A DNA stretch of 64,000 nt from Ruditapes philippinarum (Eukaryota), in the NCBI RefSeq assembly GCF_026571515.1, contig NW_026851631.1:310001-374000 (forward strand), in the 5' to 3' direction. This document shows, piece after piece, positions 37,201 to 52,200 of this stretch. Numbering within the stretch: position 1 is the first letter of the stretch; each line of letters starts with the position of its first letter. Under the pieces are notes generated by a model, which was not told where the DNA came from, did no database searches, and was given only the letters and a program-made list of their open reading frames with translations. Position numbers and translations under genes: made by a program.

Positions 37201-40200
37201 TTGAAAAACAAAAGGAAATGGCTCACTACCATCATCAGATTCATTGATGAGAAATAAAGTAAAATAATACAAAGTTCTTACTTATTTTGTCTTTAGTTGA
37301 ATTTCATTATTTAAAATTATTACATAATATTGTAAAACCTCAACAAAAATTAAATTAAAATCAGAATTTAAATTCGGATTTACCCCAAGCAAATATAAGC
37401 ATGATTCGTATTCTTGACTTTGTTTTGAACACATATAGTACAGTGATAGCTATTTCAATGCCTTCCACCAGCATAATGCAGAACACAACCAAATATATAT
37501 ACTGTAACACAGCAGCAATGACAGCACATGCGACCTGCAGGTAAATACCTCATTTAAACATATATGTATATAACACTGACATCAAAATGTTTGAATACAG
37601 TTACACGCCTCAAGATAATTTTACAAATTAATAAAAAAAATCAAAGCACATTTAAATGAAATATCCATAATTCAAAACACACCTTGCATTCATATTCTTA
37701 TTAGCATACATTTTATCCCCTTACTACAAGTGTATGGGTTATGTTTGCAATTTTACCTGCTTAAAGTCATTTTGTGGATATTTAGTTAATTCACTTCATT
37801 TGCACACTCTCTTAACAACAAGTAAGCACATTTTTCATTTCATTTTTAATAACAAAAAAACAACTAAAATAAATATGGAGACGTTTTGCTTTACAGATTT
37901 ATATATAAAGAAATAAATATGCAAATTTCTACAAATTGATCTGACAATAACTATGAAGTCGTTTCGCGTCTATTATAAAATAAATAATCATGCAAAATTT
38001 CAAAAAGCAGTATGTACATGCAAAAACAACATTCAATTTTTATATAATTGATATAAAACATAAGTCATTATCACATAAACGAAACAATACATTTATTACT
38101 TGATATGTAGAAATGTCAAACGCTGAAAACATATACAGATATCTAAGTTACATTAGATAATTTACAGTTTAATCGTACGTATGCAAGAACATATTATATA
38201 AATTAATACATTGGTAAATTTTAGGAAAGTTGTGATCGTACAAGGAAATACAATATCTTCTCAGTTGAAGCTAAGTTTTAAGCTTTAAAGCATGACTAAT
38301 GTGCATGCCTTAAAAGAATTAATTCAAATATTTCCCTAAAGCAGAGCTAAAAATATATAAACCTAATATTGGTGACTATGTTCTTGGTGACTATGTTCAA
38401 TGAACATTTTCCCCTTAAGATCTTTGCTATCATTAATGTGCCTTTAATAAATAAATTAATATTGAGAATCTGGTTATCTTATTATATATAATATATGGAT
38501 AAAGGTTTATTCAAATAGATATCGTATTTAAAAGTCACGATTAATAACTTCTTACACTACTTTCTGTCCTGTCGACTCCCGCCAAAAATAGAATGTAGGA
38601 AAGTAAAAGGGCTAACACACAAATTTATCAAGGGGCAGTGGTGCGATCATTCCGCAGATACCTTTGGTTCAAAAGAAAAGGAACATATTTTATTTAAAAA
38701 ACATGGATGTATGCTGTATCTTAATAATTTTATCGAGTTGAAACAAAACAATTATAACATATGGTTATAATATTATAGAATACTTACGAATATTCAGCGG
38801 AATATGTTAAACATACATTTTGATTTCATTAATACCTTGTTATAGTTATATTGAATATTCACGATACATAAAAACCATGGTGTTTTTTATTGAGGTGTGT
38901 ACATAACTTTCTTAAACAAACTAAATAAATAAAACTTTTACACAATAGTTATACGTGCATGAATCCACACATCAAAAATCAAAACAACTTAGAAATAAGA
39001 AGATAAAAGAAAATTAATTTCTTAGTCTTGGATTTTGATCTTAGTATTGGATTTTGATACATTAGACCCCTAGTAAAAATTAAATCTTACTTCCAAAAGA
39101 AAATGTAAACGATAAGGGTAACTGTTAAACATGCTATTGAGATCCCGATACCGGTTATAGAAATTATTCGGAGTGCTTTGAATGCTGCATCTGCCTAGAA
39201 ACGTAAGAATTAATGTGTTATACAATACATTGCTTAATAACGTTCCGTGTTCGTGATAAACAGTTATCTAGAATAATTAAAGTACATTTATACCAATACG
39301 GAGTTTTAAATGTGTACTACTAAATAATGGAGTAATATCTTAAACTAAAATAAGTACTGTGCAACTTTCTAATAAATGTCTGATGTGCATACATCTCATA
39401 ATGTTATTTCACCCATATTATTTTTAATTATAACAGGTAAAACCCTTTGCTTGATATCAGGCAACAAGAACATAAGTGGATAAAACAAGTTTGAACATCT
39501 AAATACACACAAACATACCTCCAAGAAAGGGCTCATCAAAACAGCAAAGTTGGTCAGATGGTCACATAGACAAATTGTGTAGTTAGTATTTGTAGATTTT
39601 ACAATACACCCATCTGAAGACCAAAAGCCTTGTCCAGTGTTACCACTTTAAAAGAATAAAAACATTATGATATAATAAAAAGAAGACTTCAGCAAATTTC
39701 AGTCATAACAAAAAAACATCAAACATCCTAAAAGTTTGTTCCTAGAATTTTGAATTTCAAATGCTTACTTACAGAACTAACCGTTTTAGCACCTGCTTAA
39801 AGTATATAAATTTGTTATCTTCAAAACACTTAATGATATCGACACAAAAGTCATTCATAATATTTAATGTAATTTGTTAAACAATCCATGTGTTATATCG
39901 TATACATTCATATCGAAGCTTACTTACTTTGGAAATTCCCAATACGAACACAATGGATTGGAGAAATTAGTCTGAAATATGACAGGAACATCTTTTTTAA
40001 AATTTGAATTGAACGAGCCTTTGGTTTACATATATATAATTCAAGGGTCAAAGAGAGAATTAGCATCAGTTTTGACAGCCTAGAAGTAAAGGTTAACAAC
40101 ATCTTGCAGGATGATTCAAATGAACAATGGCTATAATATTAACTATGATTTAAGTCTATTAATTAAGTGCATGGCATTGGGAACACTCAACGTGTCATGC

Positions 40201-43200
40201 ATGTAAAATGCTACTAGGTGTTTTATGAAAGACAAAGTCTTAATAAACACTAATCATATAAATGCTAAAGTATTGACGAAGATGACCCCAGTTGATATCA
40301 AGACAATATTTCAGTTTAAATTACTTGTAAACACGAAATGTCGAACGACACATATGCCCCACATTTTAGCCTTTGTCTCACATTAATGATAGTTTTGTTA
40401 TAGAAACTTGCCATAAATGGGTACATGGAAGTGTTCAATTAAGGCAAAAATAAAAAATAATGAAAACTTTGTGATTATAGTTTTCAAGATAATGTGCGGA
40501 AACCATTCTGTCATTTTAGGCACCTGTGACAACTAGTGACCCAAAATCAATAAGGGTTATCTACTACTTATGACCAATCAATATTAGAAAAATGAAGACT
40601 TTGTGATAAGATAATAAGATGAAACCATACTATCATTTAATAATCCTGTGACCTTAACCTTTGACCTAGTGACCCAAAAATCAAAAGGGTCATGTACTAG
40701 TTATGACCAATTACAATGTGAAATATGAAGACTTTATGATGACTATTTTTCAAGATAATCAGCGGAAACAATTCTGATATTTAAGGCACCTGTGACCTTG
40801 ACCTCTGACCTAGTGACCCGAAAATATAATTGTGTCATCTACTGAATATGACAAATCACTATGTGAAAATGTAGAGTTCGTGATAAAAAGTTTCAAGAAA
40901 ATCTGCGGAAACCATGTGGACATTAGCAAAACAATATACCCCTCTTCTTCGAAGGGGGGGGGGGGGCATAATTATGTATATTAAAGATACAGAAAAGACA
41001 TAAAGCACAATGTATCTTAATGAAAGGAGAAAACAACATTTACATTGACTTAAACTGTTTTACATTAAAGTGTTTCAATCTTCAATTGATGATAATCTTT
41101 TATTAAGCAAAATACATCAACTTAAAATCTTTAAGTAAAATTCTTGAGACGATGCTTTTCTTGCAAATCAAGCAAAATTGCCGTTGCAAGGAAAACCTCT
41201 TTAACATCTCTCGTGTAAAAAAAAGTAACGTGCATTAAATGACGACATTCCCGCGTGCCGTTTTTAAATGAATTAAGTTCTAAGAGTGATGTCATTTTTC
41301 CGGTATGAATTAAGTTGTAAATTTATATGCTATAAGAAGACAAAAAGTGAGAAGTTAATGCGAGTCTTTCTTTAATAATTTTTTTCTGAAATATGATACA
41401 TATTTTGTGCTGTACTGGAAGCCGTTGTAAGATCCTTATAACATATATTATTGCTTTTAGATACGCCTTGTATATAGCCATTATCTGTGTCGATATATTT
41501 TTTACAAGAAATATTTTTATGATCTAGTGTTTTACAGCTTTTCCAATTTAATAGACTTTAAAGTTCCTACCATGTCATGAGTAAAATTCAATTGGAGTGG
41601 TGGGTCCAATTTATCCGACACTCGTGGTGAAATTGTCAACGAAAGAATGGGTGCATTTATAACATCATCAGTATCCTCCGCACTGTAACAAAACAAATAT
41701 TTGGATTCAAAAATTAGTTTGAGATATACAACATATATATTAAAACATGTATTCATACTGGTAGGTATTTGTAAAATATATACTGATAGTATAGGAAAGG
41801 TAATGATTACAATACGATATAACAAATCCTACTTTTGAAATAAACAAAACGTAAGCGTCAAATAGAAGTGTATATTATAATATAACACATTCAAGTACAA
41901 CTTAATAAACAACGTTTGAATTGCATGCTTTTAGACGTATTACATAGCTTGCCTACATTTCATTTAAAAATTGTGTATTTGATCAAACAAATATTACACA
42001 AAAGTATGTTAAAAAAAGAAAGCCATTACTTGTTATTTGTATTGTTCCGATTGTTTGGCAAGATTTTCGACAAATCTCTATACATGACGGCTGTTGTAGC
42101 GTATTGCACTGATGTATCTGAAATAGAGTAGAATGTGCTGTTAAACATTTTTGAAGTTTATATATATTTAATTTTCGAAAAAATAAATAAATGAATGCAT
42201 GGTCGATGTCTGCGGAAGCGGTATATCTTTCCTTTGAAAAAGAAAATGTTACTTAAAGAACGTCAATCAAACACTATTTAAATTTTTGACTTTATTTCAC
42301 ATATTATAAGATATAACCAATGAACTTTCTACGTTTGAACTATGTCATGTTCCAACTGAAATCACTATTGGATCAAGGTCAAAAAGATATCCTCATCAAA
42401 TGCATATAATATCTCATATAGCCTTGTTTCCATGACATTGTTCAGAAAATCCGATTTAAATGCATATAAAACCTATATAGCCTCGTTTTCATTTGCATTT
42501 AAAATTATCTATATCATGTGCATATCGTACTCAGTCAAGCCTCAATTTTATTTTCTTGGTCAATAAATCATTGTACTTGAAGTAGCAACTTTCTGACCAA
42601 AATGTCAAAAAATAATAATGTGAATTAAAGCGGTCATTATAAATTGCTGAGAACTGATTGTTTTGGACCCGCACTCGGCTCTTTACTCGTCTAAAAGAAC
42701 TCTGTATTGTACTCAACATTGTATCATAAACTAATAATAGTATAAACAAAATGAAAAAGTAAATATGGAGTTATGTGACGAAACGAATATTTAACAAATA
42801 AATGTATGAAGTATATAGGTAGCCTGAAAAAATACTTTTCAACGCGGCTGCTTCTAAGCGTAAACTGCTACTGGCCTGTTTAAACCAGTCGGTGTTTGCA
42901 TCATCTTTGTCCGACACTGTTTTGTCTGGATCCGGAAATGATACACCTTTGTTAGAAACTTTCTTTACATCAATCGCTGTAAATGTACAAAATCAATGTT
43001 ATGTGCATACTTTTGAAAATGATTTTCAATTAACACAAAATGGTAAGTAGGATATTGTGCCTGATGTTTTCTGGTCACGTATGAAACTGTTTAAAAATCT
43101 GGAAACAAAGTGATTCGCGGTTTCGATGATTACCTGCAAATGTCCTTAGTAAAATAAGAGAATATTAAATGTATCAAACAGACAACACTTCGTTGTATTT

Positions 43201-46200
43201 ATGAAAAGGTCTATTATCAACACAATTTTATCTGTTTAAGTAAAATATAATAATAAATCCATTGGCTTTATTTTCTGCATGTATTCTAAGAATATTTTGA
43301 AAATAGAAAAACGAGTCTCTATGCCTTTTATCAAGAATACCCAAGATAGACAATAACAAGACTGGCTGACTTCGCGTATACTTTTGATAAATTTTTATAC
43401 TTACGGGGAGTGTTCAAACTTAAACGCATCTCAGCACGTAAAATATGATTATCTATAGGTTTCACTTCTTTATTTTCATTTTGTTCTCTCAAAGTAAATA
43501 CCTCAAACGGATACAACGTATACAATGTTTAAGTGTCCTAGTCCAATGTTTGAAATATGATAAACAAGATCAACAATGAAAGGCGGCGTTCAATGAACGA
43601 AACCAGTGGTAAGATCCCCAGGCGGACCCCAAACAAAAACAGGACATGGCACAAGGCAGAGCACGGATACTAATAGTCTTTTTAAGTACACTATGAAGAC
43701 ACTGGAATATTGAGCTGAACAAATTTTCGGCCTGAAATGTGTAATTAGCAAGTCACAAGGGGCAAGGTCAGATGAATACGGAGAAAGGGTAAACACAACG
43801 ATCTTTTCTGCTTCAGAAAGTTTTGCACTTATAAGCGCTTTGTGCGATGACACGTCGTCATCTAGCTCTACCAAATTGGCTCTCGTATTTAAAACATACC
43901 AATATTTTTCTTTAAACCAATTAGGGTGCCTGGTTTAATTTTCAAAACCAAAATTCAAAATTTGAAATTATCGGGAAACCCTAAACCCAAAGGGAAAATA
44001 AAACTCCCTTTTAAGCACTTTTGGCTGACTCGTTTTTTCCTAAAAAATTTTGAAATTTTTTGGGGTTGGGTAAAAAACGTTTGTTTTAAAATTTTTCAAT
44101 AACCCAAAAATATGCTCTTTTAAAAAAATCTTTGTCGTGAAAATTTTTCTAAAGGGGAAAAATAACAAACTTTAAATAAAAAATTACAGACAGGCTTAAT
44201 TTACTCCAGAAAATTTGAAAGTGCAATAATTTTTTGGGCTTGACACTTTTCAGTTTTACTAGGGCTAAATTTATTATTTCCAAAAAATAAATACCAGTTT
44301 TGTTTGATATTTTTTGTACATTCATGTAAATTAGTCAATCATTTTAATTGGATACTTAAATATTGTATACAAAGGACGTAAACTCGTCCAATACATACCG
44401 ACTGAGAAATAGACTTCCAACTCTCTTGATTGGAATCATCGACAAGATTACTCGCAATTTCTAGGAATTCCTACCGTAGAAAACAAAAATTGATTTAACA
44501 TAGCAAGGAAAATTATCAAGCTACACTCTATGAAACAATTATGTTTAAGTGAGAGGAAATAGAGTTACACCAATCTTATTTTACTGTATTATAATATTAT
44601 AATTGCTTTATTAAATAACAATAGTTATGTTAGTTGTTGTTTGTTGTTAGTTTTGAAAATTCAACAATTTCAATTGCATACAAAATTAAATACCTTTATC
44701 CGCAAAGATATATATGAAAATTCAAATAACAAATTTCATTAGTGAATCCAAATCTTTACCACGATAGCTCTCGTTCTCAAGATAAATCTCATTCAAATGT
44801 CTTAAATGTCTTATAATTAGATCTTACATGCTACTGATACTAATTTTAATAAAAATTGTACTCATATCATACATCAGTAATGTTTTCATTTATGATTCCA
44901 GAAGAATTTGCCAACACATCCGCTACTGTCTCAAGCGATGAAGATAGAACTCTTAATTCGCCATCAGTTAAAGTATTGTTGTTATCAGTTGTTTCATTTA
45001 CTGTTGTCACTTTTAAAATTTCCTCCAAGACAGTATCAACTTCATCCCCGGTTGAATTTTTGCTCAGCTTTAATACCTAAGTGTACATAATAAGTCAAAT
45101 AACACTAATTCATTTTGTATGGTTTTTAGTCATTTGGTAAACTCCAGTTTTATTGTTGATGTAGGACATTGCAAGACATAAGGTACAACTTTATTCTGAT
45201 TAACGACACACCTGGGCGGCTGGGTAGACCCTCTAACCTTCAATAAGCTAACTAGATAGCAACTAAGTAGTGGTGAATTTTTTTTTTTAATTTATTTATA
45301 TAAACAGTTTGTAGAAGGGCTAACTTCAATAAATAAAACGCATTATTTTAGTGACATAATAAATGTGGATAGTTTTCAATCTTTAAAAATAAAGTCATCA
45401 AAATAACAATGGAAGAAACAATTAACATACAAAATTATCAACGTTCCTGTCGCTTAACTATAACAAGAATAAAATTGTATTGACACACTTACCTTTTCAT
45501 TAACTTTTACTATCGATTCACGAACACAATTATATTGCGGCAAGTTCCACACTCCGCCAGCACCACATGTCCTAGATATCGAACCTAAAGATTTGTTGTA
45601 CTTAATTATATGTATATTATTAATCAAGCTACAATACTTTGGATTTTAAGGCAAATATATGAAATACGTTAGCAAGATATTCTAAATCAGCTAATTTTTC
45701 TATTATGCCAGACTTAATTTGGATGGCTCTTAATCTTTAGAAAATAACAGATATCAGAACAACAATGTAATAAAAAATAAATAAAACCATCAACTTTTTT
45801 GTTACTTACTGAGACTTTGGATAGTTTTTATTGATAGAAAACTAAGTGTTTTAGTAAAAAGGAGAGACTGTAAACTATACATGTATAATATAAGGTCTTA
45901 CTTACAATATCTGCGTTGAATTATTATCAAAATAATTAAGTAAGATCGATAAGAGTTTACAATGAATGCTAACAAGTATTACTGATTTGTATGTGTGCTG
46001 TTTAGTGTGTGCTTTATGTTCAAAATATGTATAGTTATAAATCCTGCTGGTATTTATAAATTGGAAATGTGGATGTATGGGTGCGGATGTGTGTGCGTGC
46101 GTGCGTGTGTTTGTGTGTAGAAAAAACAACTCTTTGTGACCATGCTTTTGTATTATCTGGACAGAAGTTTATTATATGTTATGTACACTTTATTACGGTA

Positions 46201-49200
46201 TGATCAGAGAGAAAAAATAAATTATAAAGAAATAAAAAAAGTATAACTGATACCTGTAAATCCGCTTTGGCAACTTTCATTCCTAATATTTCCAGATATT
46301 GTTTCTTTCCAAGTTAGTCCTCTACTGTCTACATTCTCCTTACAAGTTTTAGGTGTTTGTACTTCTACAGGATAATGAAGAGATAATCATATGTAAATTC
46401 GTGTAAGATCTAAACTAGTAATAAGGTCTAGCTAAGAATAACGAAAGCAGATGATTAACGCTCTAGAGAATTAGCAATCACAGACTGTAATATGTCCAAT
46501 GAATGTCTGCATGTTTTTCGTAGTCAAATATGATGTTGTGCAATTGATGGTCTCAGACTTGATTTCATATTTACTATATGAATATTACTTCCTCGAGGAA
46601 TTGGTAATTTGTTAAGTTGTTCATTCTTTACAGTTTAATTCGTATTCGAAATTATTTCTTTCAAATTTATTACGATCAAAGTTCATATTGAACATGCAAG
46701 CTTATTTTTGACAATAATGATGGTCGTTTGCGGCAGCCTGCTTAACTTGATTTGCATAATATCAATTGCTTATAACGCCAGACTAAAGTGAAAATATAAT
46801 ATTGCATAAAACAAAATTAATACAATGTGACTAGAAAGAATTCAACTACAAAATGTTTTCCTTGAGGTGAAAGAACCGCCAACAATCTATTCATTGTGCG
46901 CCTCTATCAAAAACATACCATGAAAAATACTTTTTAATTGAGTTTGTTTATATATATAACTAACTTCATATTTAGTTTACTAAAATATGAGCTACCTTTT
47001 AGCAAACAATCAGGCTTCGTTTTACTCCATTTTCCGTTTGCATCACATATTCGAGTTACATCACCAATAATATCAAGACCTTCATCACATGAATATGTGG
47101 CAGTTGAACCATATGTTGTACCATTAGAAGTATTGATAGTACCATTCATTAGATCATCTGGTCTGCCACAATCTGATTTAAATAAATAAGTGTCTTGACC
47201 AATTTCATAGAAACATTCATTTAAAACCTTTACATTATGGTAGAAATTTAAAAAAAAAAGTCGACACTTAGCTTAATACAGATTATAAAATTAGGTGTTG
47301 CAAATTATGTTTTCAAGAAAAAGGGATTATGAGTGTTTTCTATGTTTCGTACTTCAAAATGTTTAGTAGATTTATTCACTTTGTATTGATACAAACACAA
47401 ACCTATTATTGAACAGATAGTCGTATCCCAAGTCCCATTTCTACGACATTGTATAGCAGTTATACCTGCAGTATATCCCGTGTCACAGTCAATACGAGCT
47501 ATTGCACCAAAAGAATAATTTCTTTCTTCTTGTAAAGTTATTTCCCCGTTTTCTATCGTTGGTGATGGTTCACAAACTAATATCATAATGTAACAAAAAT
47601 AAATTCAAGTAAATTCTTGTTCACTGTTCAAATCAAATAGAATTTTTTCTTCTTTTTTTAAATAACGTTGGGATATATAATAGATTAATCTAGAGGAAGG
47701 TTAAATTACAATATTTTTCAAAAAAGCTCGGTTCAATATTAAAATAGTACGAAGCCTTCACTACATTTAAACAGGTAAAAAATAAACAGTAAATTGTAAA
47801 TGTTATTACCAATTAAATCGCATGTAGCAGTATCCCAGAACCCGGTATCACGACACTGTATGGTTGACACAGAAAAATTATAACCAGTCTCACAGGTTAT
47901 TTCCGCTAATGCTCCATATGTAGTATTTTCTTCTTTGAGCAAAGCTACGTTTCCATTAGACACTTTAGGGGCCACACTACAATCTAAATTATAATTAAAT
48001 TTTAAGACAATTACATGTAAGAAAATATTTTCTTTAAAAAGCTTCCTCGTAGTTATTCTTTTTCATTATAACAACAAATAGAAACAACACATCTTCTTTA
48101 AAAATTCAAAATATTTTCTTTTCCAAAGAAAAAAGTTTGTCTTGAAGTTTTCTAAATTACAAAATAAGATATGATCAAAAACATACCTATTAAAGTACAT
48201 GTTGCATTATCCCATTCTCCTGTATCTAGACACAGTATAGTATCTACTGTCGCGTTATATCCTATTGAACATGATACATTCGCTATCGCTCCAAACGTGG
48301 TATTTCCATCTTGTGTAAGAGTAACTTGTCCATTAGCGATGACCGGAACAGCCTCACAATCTTAAAATAAATACCATGCATGCTCTATCTTTCCTTATTC
48401 TAAACTGATGTGTGACAACAGGAATGAGTTCAAAGTAATAGACAAAATTTTTCGTGAATATGCTGAAATCTAGAATATTTGAATACCAACCCAGCTCTTA
48501 CCACGCGACCTGTCATATACAATTCATCACCACTTGCGCAAATTATTAAGACTGTCAAGTCAGAAACAAAATGTAATTCAACTCTCAACCTGATGTTAGT
48601 CTTTGGCCACTCAGTTTTGCCCGAGACATGTCGTGGTCCAATGATGGTTTATCCTTTTATAAAGTGGATCGATGAAAATACTTGTATATAGATAATGTTT
48701 CTAATTGGGACTCGAAATAAGATCCAATTTTTGACACTTGAAATCCAAAAATGTCCATACATACACACGCACGCACGCTCCAACGCACACACGCATACAC
48801 GTACATACGTCCGTACGTATGTACATACATACATACATCTTAATAATTGATTTCACAAACAATAAATAAAAATTCAAAATATCAGAGGTATGAGAGCATC
48901 CATCCGTTATATCATAATAAATAGTTATTCACTCAATATTTCACACTGTTGGGTTTCCCATTTTCCAGTCTCTACAAAAGGACACCTGATTTGTCAGTAG
49001 GCACTTCATTAATTTTGCGAGTATATAATGGTCGTCATTTTATGCTTCGTAAGTTTTCCTATTTTTTATTTTAAAACTCCAAGGTCACTATAATCAATAA
49101 AGTATCACGATAGTGATACAAAATGATAATATAATGCGTGAAAATTTACCAAGTAGATGACATTTAGTTGTTTGCCATTGTCCCGTTTCTAGACATTGTA

Positions 49201-52200
49201 ATATGCCTATGCTTGCATTGTAACCTGTATCACAGCTTACATTTGCAAGTGCGCTATACGTTGTGTTATTTTCTTCTAATAAAGTAACAGATCCCTTTAT
49301 AACAGTAGGCACGTCTCCACAATCTTAAATTATAACATATATAAGAACAAGAAGAAAACATATTTTGGATAAAATTTCGACACACCGCTTTACATAAATT
49401 ATAACTTGTACATTATATTACAAGTTGTGTTAGCAAATTTGCCAGTATCACGACATTGCATGATTACCAACGTCGCATTTAAGCCAAATGTTCACAAATT
49501 ACATTTGCTTCAGCGCCGCAAGTGCTTATCACATTTCCTTTAAAATTTTATTGTTAGGGGTTTTATAGAATTAGTTCCTATATTTCAATATGTCAAAAAG
49601 TATATTTTAAGTAATAAATGATATTGTGATTCTCTGTCAGTGGAGTGTTTCATTTAAAAATCTATTTCGCATGAAACTCAAAACGTTTTATATAAAAAGA
49701 GTGAAGAAACTAACACGAAAACTTCATACTTATAATTTTACATGAAGTATTATCCCATTTCCCAGTACCACGACACATTATGGTTTCTTTAGTCGCGTTA
49801 TTGCCAATATTGCACGTCACTTCAGCTAAAGCACCGAATGAGCTATTTCCGTCCTCTTTCAAAGCAATGCTTCCATTATCAATTGGTGGAAGTATTCCAC
49901 AATCTGCAGGAAAGTAGATAAATATAAAACTTTGATTACTTTATTTTATATTCCTCTTGAATATTGAAATAAAATACGCTTTATTATCGGAAAATGAGAA
50001 ATGGATAGTTCTAAAAGTTGAACGTACATATCTATTAAGGTACAAGTATGTGAGTCCTATAAATAAAAGATATGTCGCAAAACCTTCAATCAGAGATATT
50101 GTCAAGATATTAATTCAAATAATTCAAAACAATGGGGAAGTACATGTTGCATTAATACGTGTTTATAAACTAAAACATGAATTTTAATGACAATGGCATA
50201 AATGGAATCAACTCAAGCTTCCAAAATTATTTCAAGTGATCAACATTAAAAACATTACATACCAATTAAACAACATCCAACGACATCCCATTCCCCTGTT
50301 TCGCGACATTCGATTATATCAAGAGTCTCGTTGAAGCCATGTTCACATACTACCTCCGCCAAAGCTCCGTATGTGGTATTTCCTACTTCTTTTAGGTCAA
50401 TGGTTCCATTAGATATCGTTGGGACATCTCCGCAGTCTGCAAATTTATGAAATAACCATGATAATTACTGTAACCCAACTAATATTAGCGACAATATACT
50501 ATTCGCTATATTTGATGACGGCAATAAAACGCAAATATAAAATTGCAGGATTATGTCTACAAGATTTCGTCAAAAAAATGTAAAAAGAAATTATGGTTTA
50601 CATATCTTGTCTAGACTCTGTTGATAATGACTTACACGAGCGAATATTAGAATTTCATGGGGACATGTTTGAGCACAACAGAAATGTAAAATACATTGTC
50701 GTAAAAAATAAAAACTCAATTTATTAAAGATCCTGTAACACAATTTTTATGGTTTTAATTCATAAATATGATGTTCAAATTAAGATTTGTCAATATTGTT
50801 AGTTCTAATAAGCATTATTTATAAAGGTATTACCTAATTTAACATTTCATGTAAATAAAGGGAGGTAATTAGAAATTCATTTTCTATAAATTTTAAGTTA
50901 AATTTTCCAATAAGAAATGAATGCATGTTATTTATTGATTCAATATAATGTGCACAATATTTGCAGTACACATTTTACATATTCTTCGATGTTTGAAAAT
51001 CGTTTTATTTGCATAACTATATACATATATATTATTGTGCAAGTGTGGTATACACATAATAACAATATCAATCACAAAACGTACAGGATCTTTAATAAAT
51101 AGGTTTCTATTTACATCGAAGGCAGTGTCATAATCAGAATTTAACATACGTGCACATTATGATCATAGTGTCAATCACGAACGTACCGGTATACTTCACG
51201 GAACATGAATTTGATTTTTTTAAATATCTTAACGTTTTTACATTAATAAATATATATTAATTGTTGACTTAATTTACATATTTTCATCACACTCTTACTA
51301 AATGTTCCGTAGAGTAATGATATCATTTTAATACCAGTACATTATTTCAAATGCCAAGTTAAAAAAAATAGTTTATAAAACAATGTTTGAAATAATTCTA
51401 TACAAACATAAATTGAAATAATAACTCCGCATCAGTCGTCTATTCGAAGTTGCTTACTAAAATGACAATTCAGCATCGGTCGGATATTTCACTTAAAATT
51501 ATATTTTCCGTTTGAAATAATAATAATATGTTTAAATTAAAAAGAAAGAAATAAGGAAAGAACACGTAAGCTTCATACTTATAATTTCACATGAAGTATT
51601 ATCCCATTTCCCAGTATCACGACACATTATGGTTTTTAAAGTCGCGTTATGGCCAATGTAGCACGTCACTTCAGCTAAAGCACCGAATGAGCTATTTCCG
51701 TCATCTATCAAAGCAATGCTTCCATTATCAATTGGTGGAAGTATTCCACAATCTGCGATAAAGTAGATAAATATAAAACTTTGATTACTTTATTTTATAT
51801 TCGTCTTTAATATTAAAAAATGCGTTTTATTCACAGAAAACAAGAAATGGAAAGTTACAAGTATGTTCGTCCTATGGCTAAAAACATATGTGGCAAAACT
51901 CAGAATAAGATATTTTCAATATATTTTAATTTGTTAATTCAAAACAATGATAGAAGACGTCATGTCTTGTGAATACATGTCGAACATGCAAATATATAAT
52001 TATTACGACAATGACATCAAGGGAGACAACTCAAGCTTCCATAATAATTTCACAAGTTTAGTATAACTAGTGATTAACATTGAAATCATTATATACCAAT
52101 TAAATAACATTCAACGGCATCCCATTCCCCTGTATTGCGACATTCGATTATATCTAGAGTTTCGTTATAGCCATTTTCACATACTACCTCCGCAATAGCT

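Noticed and set aside
48470-48840. Possible retroposon 3' end with (TACA)n tail, or ORF 48479-48691
   Set aside because: No diagnostic motif or second copy in the window; only the microsatellite is certain
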